From the IMG/VR virus record IMGVR_UViG_3300010362_000097, positions 1 to 25,645 of that record: 25,645 nucleotides of DNA; one strand, written 5' to 3'. Made by a program: the position numbers and the translations under genes. Origin of the DNA: a virus (lineage: Duplodnaviria; Caudoviricetes). This document shows positions 1-9,337 of this stretch, piece after piece; the first letter of the stretch is position 1; the number at the start of each line of letters is the position of its first letter. The notes under the pieces are model-generated. The model saw nothing but the letters and a program-made list of their open reading frames with translations, searched no databases and had not been told where the DNA came from.

Positions 1-2882
1 AGGCTCTTGGACTCTTCAATGTAGTCTGTGCCACTAGACGGTGCCGTTCCAGCCGGAACCACAGTCTCTGTTTCATACTTCCACCCCTGCATCTCGTCGT
101 CCCACGACTGGGAGACGAGTGGTGGCCAAGCACCAGTGCTGAGTGACCGTGTCTCTTTAATAGCATTACCATTGCCTAGTGGTTTGACAACAGACGATAC
201 GACCAACCATCCTACATCCACCGTCAACGGAACTGGACCGTACGTTTTGATAACGTCCAGTATCCCCCCACCAAACTCCTCTGTCAACTCTTGTCCACTG
301 AGCACAGCACCAGCAGCGATATCACGCGACGCTGTGCTGATTCGGTGAGTAAGTGCTGTGACCTGTTCGTCAGACAAAGCAAGATTTTCTACACCTGGTA
401 TATTACCTGGCCAGTCTGCCGTGCCTTCAACTGTGTATTCTTCGTGGAATGTAGGAAGGGCTGCTCTAAACTCTGCTGGAACTACATCGGGATAAGTAAC
501 CTCATACTTATGTCTATCGAACACCACATCCACAACACCAACATGTTTGATCGACGTCCCATCACCAAGGTCTTTGGTCTCCGCTTCGACCATCAACGCT
601 GTTGGGGTGATGGTTTGAACGCCGTTGTCCAACGTATTTGTGACTGAAACTAACTGCTGATCTCTAGACAGCTTTTGCTCGTTGTGGACAATTGGAAATG
701 TGGTTGTGTCTCGTTTTCGAGTGCTCCTACGAATCTTGAACACATCCAGTTGAGTCTCTTTACGGAACTGCTCACCCGGACCTAATATTTGTGGATCAAC
801 TACACTGCCAGCAAGAATATACTCCTTTTCAATCGTAGGTATACCTGTCCTGAACTCTGGTGGAATAGCATCGGGTATTTCACGTGATGTAGTGATGTTA
901 TCGAACACACCGGGAATCACCACTCGTTCCTCAACCGCGGTTCCATCACCTAGCGGGTTAAAACTAACATCTCTTGTTACACTAGGCAATAGAGCCGTTG
1001 TGCCGTCGTCTTCCAGAACTTTAGTAACAGTCTCGACTTGTTTATACTGGTTGGTTCTGGTGCTAACTATTTGTCTGGGCAGGCTAGTTATGTCGCGCGA
1101 GGTTACACTAAGCTTCTTGGTAAACTCCGTTACCTGTTCTTGACTCCGTTTATATTCTCCACTAGCAAGCGTTGGTGCGGAAGCCGTACCACCTATAATA
1201 AACTCCTCTGTCCGAGTCAACAACGTTGGAAGTGCTTTGAACTCTTGTGGAGTAACGTCTGGACGTTCCGCTGTGTAGAGATGTGCGTCGAAGATGTCTG
1301 GAACCGTTGTCCACTCCTCCAACGCTGTGCCGTCTCCCAGTTTGGTAAAATTGACATCCTTGAGAGCTGTGGGTACATCTGGAACAGTCGTGTCAACTTC
1401 CAAAGTGCGTCTTAGGGTCTCAACCTGTTTAAACCTATTGGTTCGGCTATTTACAATAATCCTTGGCAATGTGCCGGTGTCGATGGTCTTGGTTGTAGCG
1501 CGGTAGGTGAACTCATCTAACTGTTGGTTACTCTTCTCAACAACACCAGCAGGCAAAACACCTGGGTCTGGTGCGGTACCAGCAACTAGATGCGTGTCCT
1601 CTTGAGTCTGAAGCAGTGCTCGGAAATCCTCAGGAGTAACCACCGGTCTCTGACTCGCAAACAACTGCTCCGTAAATAGGTCCGGCACTTTCCCTACAAT
1701 CTTCAACGACGTGCCATCACCGAGAATCTTAACATCACCCTCAATCGTCAAAGCATCTGGAATAAACGTCTGCACCCCCAAGTCCAAAGTCATACTGACC
1801 GTCTCCACCTGCTTCTTGTCGGTCATCTTAAGCTCTGCGACTGGGATGTTTTGCGGGTATGTTATTGTACCACGACTCTCCAGTGTCCGTGTCATGTTAA
1901 ACACGTCCTCTTGAGTCTCAGTACGTTTGAACTCACCAGTTCCCAAGGCTGGTTGTGGATCGGCCACTGTGCCAGTAAACGTTTCCTTCTTCGTGAACGT
2001 CGGCAGCAACGCTCTAAACAACTCAGGAACCACATCCGGTTTTGAAATCGACGTCGTCTTGTTGCCAAACACTAAAGGTACAGTCCCTGTGGTCTTCAAC
2101 GACGTTCCATCGCCCAACACCTTAACATCACCTTCCACCATTGTTGGTGTTGGTGTTAGTGTCTGCACTCCAAGATCGAGGACCATTACCACAGTCTCTA
2201 CCTGCTTGTCCTTGTCCATCTTCAACTCAGCAGGGTTAACGGGAAATGGATAGGATACTGGAGCGCGGAAGCGAGTTGTAGTCGACTCGTTAAACACATC
2301 CTCCTGTGTACTAGATCGGGCAAACTCACCCGGACCTAGTGGAGGTTGTGGATCAGGAACAATCCCGGTAGTGGTCTCCTTCTTCTCCTGCATCGGCAAT
2401 AGAGCCTTGAACAATTCAGGAGTGACGTCTGTGATCTCTATAGACGTGGTCTTGTTGGAGAACACAAACTGGGCGTCTTCATCCTCCTCGACGTAGTGGA
2501 GATTGCCCAGGTTACGAGTGCTGACATCCCTAGATGGTCCCGGTGAACCAACTGGATCAGTGATGAACTTAAAACTTCGAGTCCGTGTGACGAATTGTTT
2601 ATCCTTATTCGTCGCGTACTCAATCAACGAAATTGGACCCGGTGGTTTGAATGTCGTTCGTCTTATCCACTCAGACGTCTCTTTCTGCACAGCTTGCGAC
2701 GCAAGAACTGTGTCGGAGAGTGGTATAATCTCGACATCCCACGGAATAGGAATTTCAAGTATCGTGAGGTCGAGTGCCGCCCTGAACTCAGGCGGGATTT
2801 CGCGCATCGTGTCGGACTCACCACCGAAGTAGTGGTTTCTGAGTGTCCGACCGGGATTAGTTAACCGACTGTTGAGCGGCAT
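1..2882 (-). CDS. Large virion (tail-region) protein with ~7 tandem ~130-aa repeats; 3' end runs off the window
   Basis: Read by hand: ATG at 2882 overlaps the upstream stop (TGATG), and the frame is open for 960 codons to the edge (MPLNSRLTNPGRTLRNHYFGGESDTMREIPPEFRAAL...). Recurrent LGDGT and P-x-(E/D)-F-(R/K)-A motifs. Lies directly after the adaptor gene. Confidence 0.85.
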   Translation of the reverse strand, partial: MPLNSRLTNPGRTLRNHYFGGESDTMREIPPEFRAALDLTILEIPIPWDVEIIPLSDTVLASQAVQKETSEWIRRTTFKPPGPISLIEYATNKDKQFVTRTRSFKFITDPVGSPGPSRDVSTRNLGNLHYVEEDEDAQFVFSNKTTSIEITDVTPELFKALLPMQEKKETTTGIVPDPQPPLGPGEFARSSTQEDVFNESTTTRFRAPVSYPFPVNPAELKMDKDKQVETVVMVLDLGVQTLTPTPTMVEGDVKVLGDGTSLKTTGTVPLVFGNKTTSISKPDVVPELFRALLPTFTKKETFTGTVADPQPALGTGEFKRTETQEDVFNMTRTLESRGTITYPQNIPVAELKMTDKKQVETVSMTLDLGVQTFIPDALTIEGDVKILGDGTSLKIVGKVPDLFTEQLFASQRPVVTPEDFRALLQTQEDTHLVAGTAPDPGVLPAGVVEKSNQQLDEFTYRATTKTIDTGTLPRIIVNSRTNRFKQVETLRRTLEVDTTVPDVPTALKDVNFTKLGDGTALEEWTTVPDIFDAHLYTAERPDVTPQEFKALPTLLTRTEEFIIGGTASAPTLASGEYKRSQEQVTEFTKKLSVTSRDITSLPRQIVSTRTNQYKQVETVTKVLEDDGTTALLPSVTRDVSFNPLGDGTAVEERVVIPGVFDNITTSREIPDAIPPEFRTGIPTIEKEYILAGSVVDPQILGPGEQFRKETQLDVFKIRRSTRKRDTTTFPIVHNEQKLSRDQQLVSVTNTLDNGVQTITPTALMVEAETKDLGDGTSIKHVGVVDVVFDRHKYEVTYPDVVPAEFRAALPTFHEEYTVEGTADWPGNIPGVENLALSDEQVTALTHRISTASRDIAAGAVLSGQELTEEFGGGILDVIKTYGPVPLTVDVGWLVVSSVVKPLGNGNAIKETRSLSTGAWPPLVSQSWDDEMQGWKYETETVVPAGTAPSSGTDYIEESKS

Positions 2883-3640
2883 CAGTCAAGTGAAGCAGCC
2901 TCCTCTGCACCAGTAGTTATTACGTTAGCGTCCCAGTATATCAGGTCTTGCCACGAACTGTCTCTTTGTTCCGTTGGTGCAGAAACATTGCCTTGTTGAC
3001 GAGGCACATACTCCTTGACTAAAACATTCAAATTACAACAAGCGTCCCACATTAGAAAGTCATCGCCAAACTGGAGTAGGAAATCGGAGTTATTGTCGCT
3101 GTTCTGATAGTCGGGAAAATAGCGAATCACATCTAAGAAGAGTGGAAGTGGATTTTGAGGCACAACCACTTGTGCATTTGGATACAACATCAAAGTATCC
3201 GCCTGCTGCGTCAAGTAAATTTCGTAAAAGGTAGGGTACGAGGGCATATCTCGCTGAACGGGTGCCCAAGGGTATGGAACTCCGTTCCACCTCTGTCCGG
3301 CGTCAGCGACTTGCCAATCACGTGAGACGAATTTAATCGGTCGGACACCACCGTATCCGTCGGCAATAAATGCCCTCAGTACCTTTTTAACCGTCACTAA
3401 CGTCGATGTTCCGTGAAGTGGCAGTGGACTGATTGGCAACCCGTTTTCTAAGTCAACAAGAGCGTCCACAGAGACTTTGGCATACTCAAAGTCATGGTAT
3501 TGTAACGCGTGTTGGTGTGCCATGTTAATGGCGTCCAACAGCAAATCTACATCAGGTGCAGGCGGATTACTTATGATGAAGTCTGCCGGAACCTTTTGCA
3601 GATATGTTGCAACCTTAACCTTAAGCGTGTTAATATCCAT
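2882..3640 (-). CDS. Putative head-tail adaptor / tail tubular protein
   Basis: 252 aa, downstream of the capsid genes. N-terminal helical segment (LLLDAINMAHQHAL..HDFEY) and C-terminal DFLLQFGDDFLMWDA resemble podophage adaptor proteins. Confidence 0.6.
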   Translation of the reverse strand: MDINTLKVKVATYLQKVPADFIISNPPAPDVDLLLDAINMAHQHALQYHDFEYAKVSVDALVDLENGLPISPLPLHGTSTLVTVKKVLRAFIADGYGGVRPIKFVSRDWQVADAGQRWNGVPYPWAPVQRDMPSYPTFYEIYLTQQADTLMLYPNAQVVVPQNPLPLFLDVIRYFPDYQNSDNNSDFLLQFGDDFLMWDACCNLNVLVKEYVPRQQGNVSAPTEQRDSSWQDLIYWDANVITTGAEEAASLD

Positions 3641-3658
3641 GTGGACGCGGTTTGTTGA

Positions 3659-3850
3659 CTAACAGGAACAATATGGATCGTTCGGATTTTCTTGTGTCTT
3701 TGGTCCAAGTGTCACCTCTGTGTCGTCGTCAGACTCCATTACTGGTGAGTTACTAGCACCATCTTGCAAGACCTCGAAGCGATCCACAGCTGTATCAATG
3801 TCGATTTCGTGACCTTGATAGTAGTCCTGCAGTTTTTCTCGATCAGCCAT
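3659..3850 (-). CDS. Small acidic hypothetical protein
   Basis: 63 aa; strong SD (AAGGAGGT) before ATG; in the structural operon. Confidence 0.75.
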   Translation of the reverse strand: MADREKLQDYYQGHEIDIDTAVDRFEVLQDGASNSPVMESDDDTEVTLGPKTQENPNDPYCSC

Positions 3851-3859
3851 GTTACCTCC

Positions 3860-4054
3860 TTAACCGTTCAGGTCATTTCGACCACCCAAGTTGCCCTTGT
3901 CGAGCGCGGGTGTCTTATACTGAACAGTTTCATTGGTAGCATCGAAGACAGCTGAGTCTTTGGCGGCACCATCCAAGATGTTCGTTTGATTGACCATCTG
4001 ACCGTCCTTCATACTCACCTGTTCGTTCTTCATATGTTCCAGATTTAGTCCCAT
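3860..4054 (-). CDS. Hypothetical protein (64 aa, MGLNLEHMKNEQ...)
   Basis: Start moved from the track's 4189 to ATG 4054, which follows a strong SD (GGAAAGGAGGTAAAATG). Confidence 0.75.
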   Translation of the reverse strand: MGLNLEHMKNEQVSMKDGQMVNQTNILDGAAKDSAVFDATNETVQYKTPALDKGNLGGRNDLNG

Positions 4055-4073
4055 TTTACCTCCTTTCCCGCCG

Positions 4074-4388
4074 TTAGTAACCTTCCAACACAATGTTGTA
4101 GGTCCCAGCTGGTATAGCAGCAAGACCGGCGGTTGCCGCTGCCTTTCCAACGAGACCTGAACCATCGTAGAGCGGAGAGCAGACAACAATCAACGTGTTG
4201 TCGTTTTTGACTGCTGGTCCACACGTTTCGATGAAACGCAAACCGAACAACGATGCCGGAATGAAGTTAGCGAGGTCTCCCGCCACTCCATCACAGACCA
4301 TCGAAGCGACTACAAGTTTGCGCATCCCCGAAGGTGGAAACTCTGCTCCACGAGTCGACGGCGCCAGTGTGACAGTCGGATTAGCCAT
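4074..4388 (-). CDS. Putative capsid-associated / decoration protein
   Basis: 104 aa, rich in small residues and likely beta-rich; immediately follows and is in frame with the major capsid gene. Confidence 0.55.
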   Translation of the reverse strand: MANPTVTLAPSTRGAEFPPSGMRKLVVASMVCDGVAGDLANFIPASLFGLRFIETCGPAVKNDNTLIVVCSPLYDGSGLVGKAAATAGLAAIPAGTYNIVLEGY

Positions 4389-4391
4389 AAC

Positions 4392-5723
4392 TCAGGGCGT
4401 GACCGTCAGGAAGTTCTTGACGAACATGTGAGACTCAGGAAACCTGAGTTCCAGACCACACTCACCAAGCCACTCATCCTCGCGGTAATCCGCATTGTTC
4501 GGCTGCCTCATCTTCAACAACGTGGTGTCACGTCCATCCATATACCGGTAGACGAGATTCCACACGTCAAGATAAATAGCCGAGTTTCTCAACGACGAGT
4601 TCTGACTAAACAAGGGGTGTGTCTTGTAATGGACCATCCCCCAAGGAAGTAGGTGTGAGACGATGTCCCAACCAAACTTCTGCTTGGCTTCCATGTCCAA
4701 TTTCAACACAGCCTTGCCGCTGAACATGTCGTTGACCCGTGCAAGGTAACCCGAACCGCACAAACACAGTTTCTCTTGTGCCTGATTAGACGTGACGCGG
4801 AACAAACGCTCCATGTAACCATTGAACGTAGACAAGTTCATTGACCCCGTCGCGTTGTTGATGATGCGTTTGGTGTCGTCTGTGTCTAACGTCGCGGCCG
4901 TGTTACCATACACTGTGCCCGACTCCCACTGGCGGAGATACCATTCTACTCCACCCGTCAACCTAGTCGGCAAGCCGGTTGTCGGATCGATATACAGTTG
5001 TTGGACACCGAAAAGGAAACCCTTTTCCATCTCCATCGCGTGTTGTAGTGTGGCGTCTTTCGCTTTATCCTTGTAAGGACCAGTGCGATCGTACTTCAAC
5101 CCGGTCTTCAGTACCGTGCCAGTGAACTGGAACGGAGTTCTAAAGATTTGGGTGTAGTTCTTCAGGTTCAATGGTGTGTCATAGGGAGCCAGTGCGGCAC
5201 CGACCTGACCTTCCGATGCAGCGTTACCAATGACTAACACTTCCAAACCATTGTTGTTGGTACCGTTCGACAAGTTGGTCACCGCTTCCAAGAATCGGAA
5301 CTCGATCTTGGTTGTGACGCCTGACACAACTGTCGTAACAATACCTTTAATGGTTTGGGTACCACCAGTAATATTCGCCAAAGTGATCTGGATAATATGT
5401 CCCACCCTAAAGCGAGACGAATCCGCGACCCTCACGCGAGTAATACTGTTTACAGCAGGGCTGAACGGATTGGCTTGATCCGTGTCAGTACCAGTGGTAG
5501 TAAATGGACCTAACGAATTCGCTTGTGCCGTGATGGTTCTCTGCTCCGCCAACCGCTTCTCGTAGATACTGAACTCAGGGTCGTTGGTCGACTCTTCCTT
5601 CAACTGCGAGAGGAGTGCGATCAGGGGTGCGCTACCATTTGGGTAGTTGTAGAATACCATCCGACGGAAGTTCTTCAGTCGGTCGATACCACTGGCCTCT
5701 GTGTGTAGCAATCCCAGTATCAT
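4392..5723 (-). CDS. Major capsid protein (HK97 fold, SU10/DUF5309-like)
   Basis: 443 aa; motifs NYTQIFRTPFQFTGT, HAMEMEKGFLFG, TRLTGGV and DEWLGECGLE are typical of this capsid family; follows the scaffold gene; SD GGAG. Confidence 0.88.
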   Translation of the reverse strand: MILGLLHTEASGIDRLKNFRRMVFYNYPNGSAPLIALLSQLKEESTNDPEFSIYEKRLAEQRTITAQANSLGPFTTTGTDTDQANPFSPAVNSITRVRVADSSRFRVGHIIQITLANITGGTQTIKGIVTTVVSGVTTKIEFRFLEAVTNLSNGTNNNGLEVLVIGNAASEGQVGAALAPYDTPLNLKNYTQIFRTPFQFTGTVLKTGLKYDRTGPYKDKAKDATLQHAMEMEKGFLFGVQQLYIDPTTGLPTRLTGGVEWYLRQWESGTVYGNTAATLDTDDTKRIINNATGSMNLSTFNGYMERLFRVTSNQAQEKLCLCGSGYLARVNDMFSGKAVLKLDMEAKQKFGWDIVSHLLPWGMVHYKTHPLFSQNSSLRNSAIYLDVWNLVYRYMDGRDTTLLKMRQPNNADYREDEWLGECGLELRFPESHMFVKNFLTVTP

Positions 5724-5749
5724 TTACTTCTCCGTCTGTCCACTGGCGT

Positions 5750-6553
5750 TTAGAGGAAAACCTCCGCACCTGGAAAAGGTGCTTGGGGTGCAGAACCCCC
5801 ACCACCACCAGCCTGCGAACCACTCGACAGTGATGCCGGACGGTTCGTAGTTGGACTTGTTTTTGTTCTCGCACCACCCGACGGGGTAGCGCCAGAACCG
5901 TTGCCACCTGCTGTTGGTAACAGTGCTCGTGTTCTGTCTGCTAAAGTCTTAAAAGCTTCTTCCTTCGTAGCAGCTTGATAACCTTCTGCTTTTAACGCAT
6001 TAAACACAGTCTGTGTTAATAGTTCGTGGTCTTTGAGGTCACTATGCTGACTGAAGAAGTCATCGCGGTCTGCCTTGGCTGCGGCGTCTGCCACGAATCG
6101 TAGTGCAGGATCCATCTGACCGGTAAGTTCGCGTCGAGCCACCTCCAACTGGTACTGTAACAATGTCCCAAATTGCTTAGACAGTCCCTCTCGGATTGCG
6201 ATAAACGCCTGTAATGCCTCATCGCCACCTGCAAGCAACTTTTGAATGACCTCCGGTGTGGGAGTGTAAACATTAAAGAGTTTATCAAGTTCCTCAGGAG
6301 TATACTCCTTTTGCGGCGTTGTTGGCGGAGTCTGAGATTGTCGAAGACCTTCTCTGACCGATGCTGTGATTTGCTCTGGTGTGGGGAAACTGGGCTTCTC
6401 TGGTTCACCCGACTTAGGGGCTGTCGGTTCTGCTTGTCCCCCGGTTGGTGGCGCTTCTGGCGTGTGTTGTGGTTCACTAGATTGCGTCTCTGGTGTTTCG
6501 AATACTTCTGCGACTGTTCCTTCAATCGGTCCACTATGTGCTTCCTCGTTCAT
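5750..6553 (-). CDS. Putative capsid scaffolding protein
   Basis: 267 aa; acidic Pro-rich disordered N-terminus, helical core, Gly/Ser-rich tail; between portal and capsid genes; SD AAGGAGG. Confidence 0.75.
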   Translation of the reverse strand: MNEEAHSGPIEGTVAEVFETPETQSSEPQHTPEAPPTGGQAEPTAPKSGEPEKPSFPTPEQITASVREGLRQSQTPPTTPQKEYTPEELDKLFNVYTPTPEVIQKLLAGGDEALQAFIAIREGLSKQFGTLLQYQLEVARRELTGQMDPALRFVADAAAKADRDDFFSQHSDLKDHELLTQTVFNALKAEGYQAATKEEAFKTLADRTRALLPTAGGNGSGATPSGGARTKTSPTTNRPASLSSGSQAGGGGGSAPQAPFPGAEVFL

Positions 6554-6806
6554 TTTCCTCCTTTTGACTTACCAAGTCCGTGTAGGTGTTATAGGGCTGT
6601 TTCACTACTATATCAAACGTGTTCGCTTCTCCACGAGTTTGGAGCATCGTGATTAGTTGGGACATATCCTTTACGGGAAAGGTGCACACCGCGTCGCGCG
6701 CAGTATCTCGTGCTTCTAACCACGATGCTATAAAGTGTTTGAACCATACATTGTCAAGGAGTGCCGACAGCTGCGGTAGGTGGTTGAGCTGCTCCGCTTC
6801 CGACAT
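6534..6806 (-). CDS. Small helical protein between portal and scaffold
   Basis: Overlaps the portal 3' end. ATG 6806 (after CAGGA) is preferred; 6842 is an alternative start. Confidence 0.65.
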   Translation of the reverse strand: MSEAEQLNHLPQLSALLDNVWFKHFIASWLEARDTARDAVCTFPVKDMSQLITMLQTRGEANTFDIVVKQPYNTYTDLVSQKEENERGST

Positions 6807-8667
6807 TTGGTCCTGCTGGTAATTGAGGTTTAGTTGGTGCATTGGGCATTGTCATTATGTTTGTGGGCACTGGCGGGGGTAGAAATCTCTCTGGACTTCT
6901 AATCCCCATAAGGTCTGCAATCTCTACAATCAAGTTCCTAAACGGCGGTTGAGTGACCATCATAGCAGATTGTGGGTTGGCCAGCAGACCTACAAGTAGT
7001 TCCTGTAGTTGATTAGCCAAATACCCCTTCTCACTTGGTGCTGTGCCGTCAAAAAACTCCAGTCGCATCCCCTCACCGATACTGGCCTTCATCGCATCCA
7101 ACCGATCCTGTTCGGCATCTGCACCTACGATCCGCTTAAACTCGTCCAACTCCAAATTGTGATAGTTCAGCAACAGTTTCTGTCCTAAAGGAGCGTACAA
7201 CGTCTCCCACAACACTACAGCAATCGTCTTCAGTCTACTCGCAGCACCAGCATTAACAGTTCGTGCTTCTGCTGCACTCCGTCGACCAGAACTAAACTGT
7301 CCCAGAGCATTATCGTTGATCCCTGTAGTGATTTGTATAAACTCCCAAATCTTCTCAATATCAGCAATGTGGTTTGTCGTAACATCCTGCAACTGGAGTT
7401 GTTTGATCCACGTATCCACACCACTCTTCGCCATTTGTGGCTTTAGACGAATAACTGGTCTCCTTTCCTGCAAGTCCTTCATCTCAATACCAGCAGGATC
7501 AACCACCAACTTATCGCCAATCACCTTACGCACATTGTCCACTCTAGAGTTCATGAACCACGTAGCGTGTTGTTGCAGCTGATTTGTGACGTCGGTGAGT
7601 GACTCATTAACAACCCTAACCTGATCAGCGCTATACTCACCGACGTCATACGTGAATTGATTGTGACTATAATTCAACGGCTCAGCTTTCAAAATGAATG
7701 TGTCGTTAGCATACCACACCAAGAACAGCGTTGGACTGTCATCATCTCCCAATGGTGTCTTCCCTGCATCGTTCTTGAAATCCTTAGGCGTGATCCAAAT
7801 CTGCACCTCCGTCAACACACACATCCCCGCTCCTTGTGTTCCACCAGCAGCTGTCTTCAAATTCTCACCAATTCCCATATTGGCGTAATTCAACCTCCGG
7901 GTGTTCAGCGCCTCCAAACCCAGTGGTTGAATTTTATCCACATTAACAATCAACCCGTCCTTCTGCATCTGCTTCAACCTAACAACACTGAACTCGTCCT
8001 CACTTGCACAAAATTCACCTTCTTGGAAGCGGGACAGCGGTAACCGCACGTCCGGATAAAAGTGGTATGGTGAAATTGATACCACCTTGTTTCTCTGGTT
8101 CACGAACTTGGTTCCGGTTGTGGGTTCGGTGGTAGGAGCCGGCACAGTCCCCCCGAACAAACTTGCCTGTTCCGGCTCCGCAACCGCTACAGGGGCCACC
8201 ACGTCCACCGATTCTTCCAGCCACAAATGCTTTATAACACATACACTTGACCTACACAAGTCCAAATAGCACTGATACTGCACTCTACTAAACATCGACT
8301 GTCTTAAATCCCTAGCGAGACAAGTCTCAGCATCCAACTCCGGATTCGGCCCATCCAACCCAGAATCTTTAATTTCGTAAAAATCTGCTCTCTGGTTGAA
8401 CAAACTCATCATAAACGCGCAAAACGTTTGACACTGTGCATAGGCAAACGGCAAGACTAGTTTCGCTGGTTCACCCCTCTGCACAGCCTTCGCGTCAGCC
8501 TGATCAGGTATACGCTCCCCCCTCAACGTCTTATCGTTTGCATCCCACTGATCGTAGAACTTGCACATGAAACTTCTAGACACCTCTACCAGATTCTTAC
8601 ACTTCTGCAGAACCGCATTGTGGAAGTTCGTATCTGTCTTTAGTGCATCTGAAATATCATTGGTCAT
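6754..8667 (-). CDS. Portal protein (podovirus-like)
   Basis: ~637 aa from ATG 8667 (MTNDISDAL). Motifs ISPYHFYPD, ITTGINDNALG and RRSAAEAR are typical of P22/SU10-like portals; Pro-rich C-terminal tail. Confidence 0.88.
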   Translation of the reverse strand: MTNDISDALKTDTNFHNAVLQKCKNLVEVSRSFMCKFYDQWDANDKTLRGERIPDQADAKAVQRGEPAKLVLPFAYAQCQTFCAFMMSLFNQRADFYEIKDSGLDGPNPELDAETCLARDLRQSMFSRVQYQCYLDLCRSSVCVIKHLWLEESVDVVAPVAVAEPEQASLFGGTVPAPTTEPTTGTKFVNQRNKVVSISPYHFYPDVRLPLSRFQEGEFCASEDEFSVVRLKQMQKDGLIVNVDKIQPLGLEALNTRRLNYANMGIGENLKTAAGGTQGAGMCVLTEVQIWITPKDFKNDAGKTPLGDDDSPTLFLVWYANDTFILKAEPLNYSHNQFTYDVGEYSADQVRVVNESLTDVTNQLQQHATWFMNSRVDNVRKVIGDKLVVDPAGIEMKDLQERRPVIRLKPQMAKSGVDTWIKQLQLQDVTTNHIADIEKIWEFIQITTGINDNALGQFSSGRRSAAEARTVNAGAASRLKTIAVVLWETLYAPLGQKLLLNYHNLELDEFKRIVGADAEQDRLDAMKASIGEGMRLEFFDGTAPSEKGYLANQLQELLVGLLANPQSAMMVTQPPFRNLIVEIADLMGIRSPERFLPPPVPTNIMTMPNAPTKPQLPAGPNVGSGAAQPPTAAVGTP

Positions 8668-8682
8668 TTTGAATAATTCAAA
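8668..8682. promoter_or_regulatory. 15-bp palindrome TTTGAATAATTCAAA, copy 1
   Basis: Fills 15 of the 16 nt between the upstream stop (8684) and the portal ATG (8667); exact copies at 14424, 16175 and 25353. Confidence 0.8.
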
Positions 8683-8683
8683 T

Positions 8684-9094
8684 CTACGGAACAGAGACAC
8701 CTGACGCAAAGAGGTAGAAGTCTAGTTTGTTGGCAGCTTTCCCCACACCAAGAATACTAACAGTCCACCCACTAGCCAAATCAGTCACAGCAGCTATCTT
8801 ACCAGCATTGGCCGAGGCTACGTAAACCACTCCTTGGGTTGTTGTAAACCCCTCAAGTGCCGGAGCAATAGGTGCGTATCTAATAGGTTGGCCAACACCG
8901 GGGCACGAGTTCAAAGCGACCCCTACAGGAGTGTCGATGGGTGAAGCACCGTTGGCGTCGCACAATACTACATCACCACCTGAGTTCTTCGCCACCAAAT
9001 CGCCTGCGTTGATGGTGGCACCAGAGTTCCCCAGTAGGCTGTTTGAACCAGCTCCACCTTTAACGTTTGCTGGTGTTACAACGAGGTCGGCCAT
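8684..9094 (-). CDS. Putative capsid cement / head-fibre-like protein
   Basis: 136 aa, Gly/Ala/Val-rich; GATINAGDLV...LCDAN...PVGVALN...GQP pattern recalls small phage head-decoration proteins. Confidence 0.55.
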   Translation of the reverse strand: MADLVVTPANVKGGAGSNSLLGNSGATINAGDLVAKNSGGDVVLCDANGASPIDTPVGVALNSCPGVGQPIRYAPIAPALEGFTTTQGVVYVASANAGKIAAVTDLASGWTVSILGVGKAANKLDFYLFASGVSVP

Positions 9095-9095
9095 A

Positions 9096-9335
9096 TTACC
9101 AGAGGACTTTGATACCTGAAGGTGGAGCAGGTGTGGCGTAGATGCGTTTGACGCAGATAGGCACTATACCAGCAGCACAGACACCGAGGTCAAGCGTTTG
9201 ACCACCGAGAGTGTCCACCTTAAGGTTGGTTGATGCTGTGCCCAACAAGATGGCTAGGCCAATGTGGGGAAGGTCGACTGTGTCACTGGGTGTGACAGTC
9301 GCAGCGTTACTAAAAAGTTGGAATCGGTCTTGCAT
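9096..9335 (-). CDS. Head-spike base protein, RcGTA Rcc01079-like
   Basis: 79 aa from ATG 9335; AATVTPSDTVDL...LKVDTLGG...GIVPICVKRIYAT...IKVLW follows the family pattern as I recall it. Confidence 0.7.
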   Translation of the reverse strand: MQDRFQLFSNAATVTPSDTVDLPHIGLAILLGTASTNLKVDTLGGQTLDLGVCAAGIVPICVKRIYATPAPPSGIKVLW

Positions 9336-9337
9336 AG

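Noticed and set aside
28-2864. Series of + strand ORFs in the track
   Set aside because: Antisense shadows of the continuous minus-strand repeat gene; their recurring VPSP motifs mirror LGDGT.
4310-4397. CCC-UGA as a +1 frameshift site at the capsid gene end
   Set aside because: The +1 frame closes after about 28 codons with no domain-like sequence; in-frame readthrough is the better hypothesis.
8668-8709. Portal start at 8709 given by the track
   Set aside because: Overlaps the upstream gene and translates through the palindrome; ATG 8667 is more plausible.
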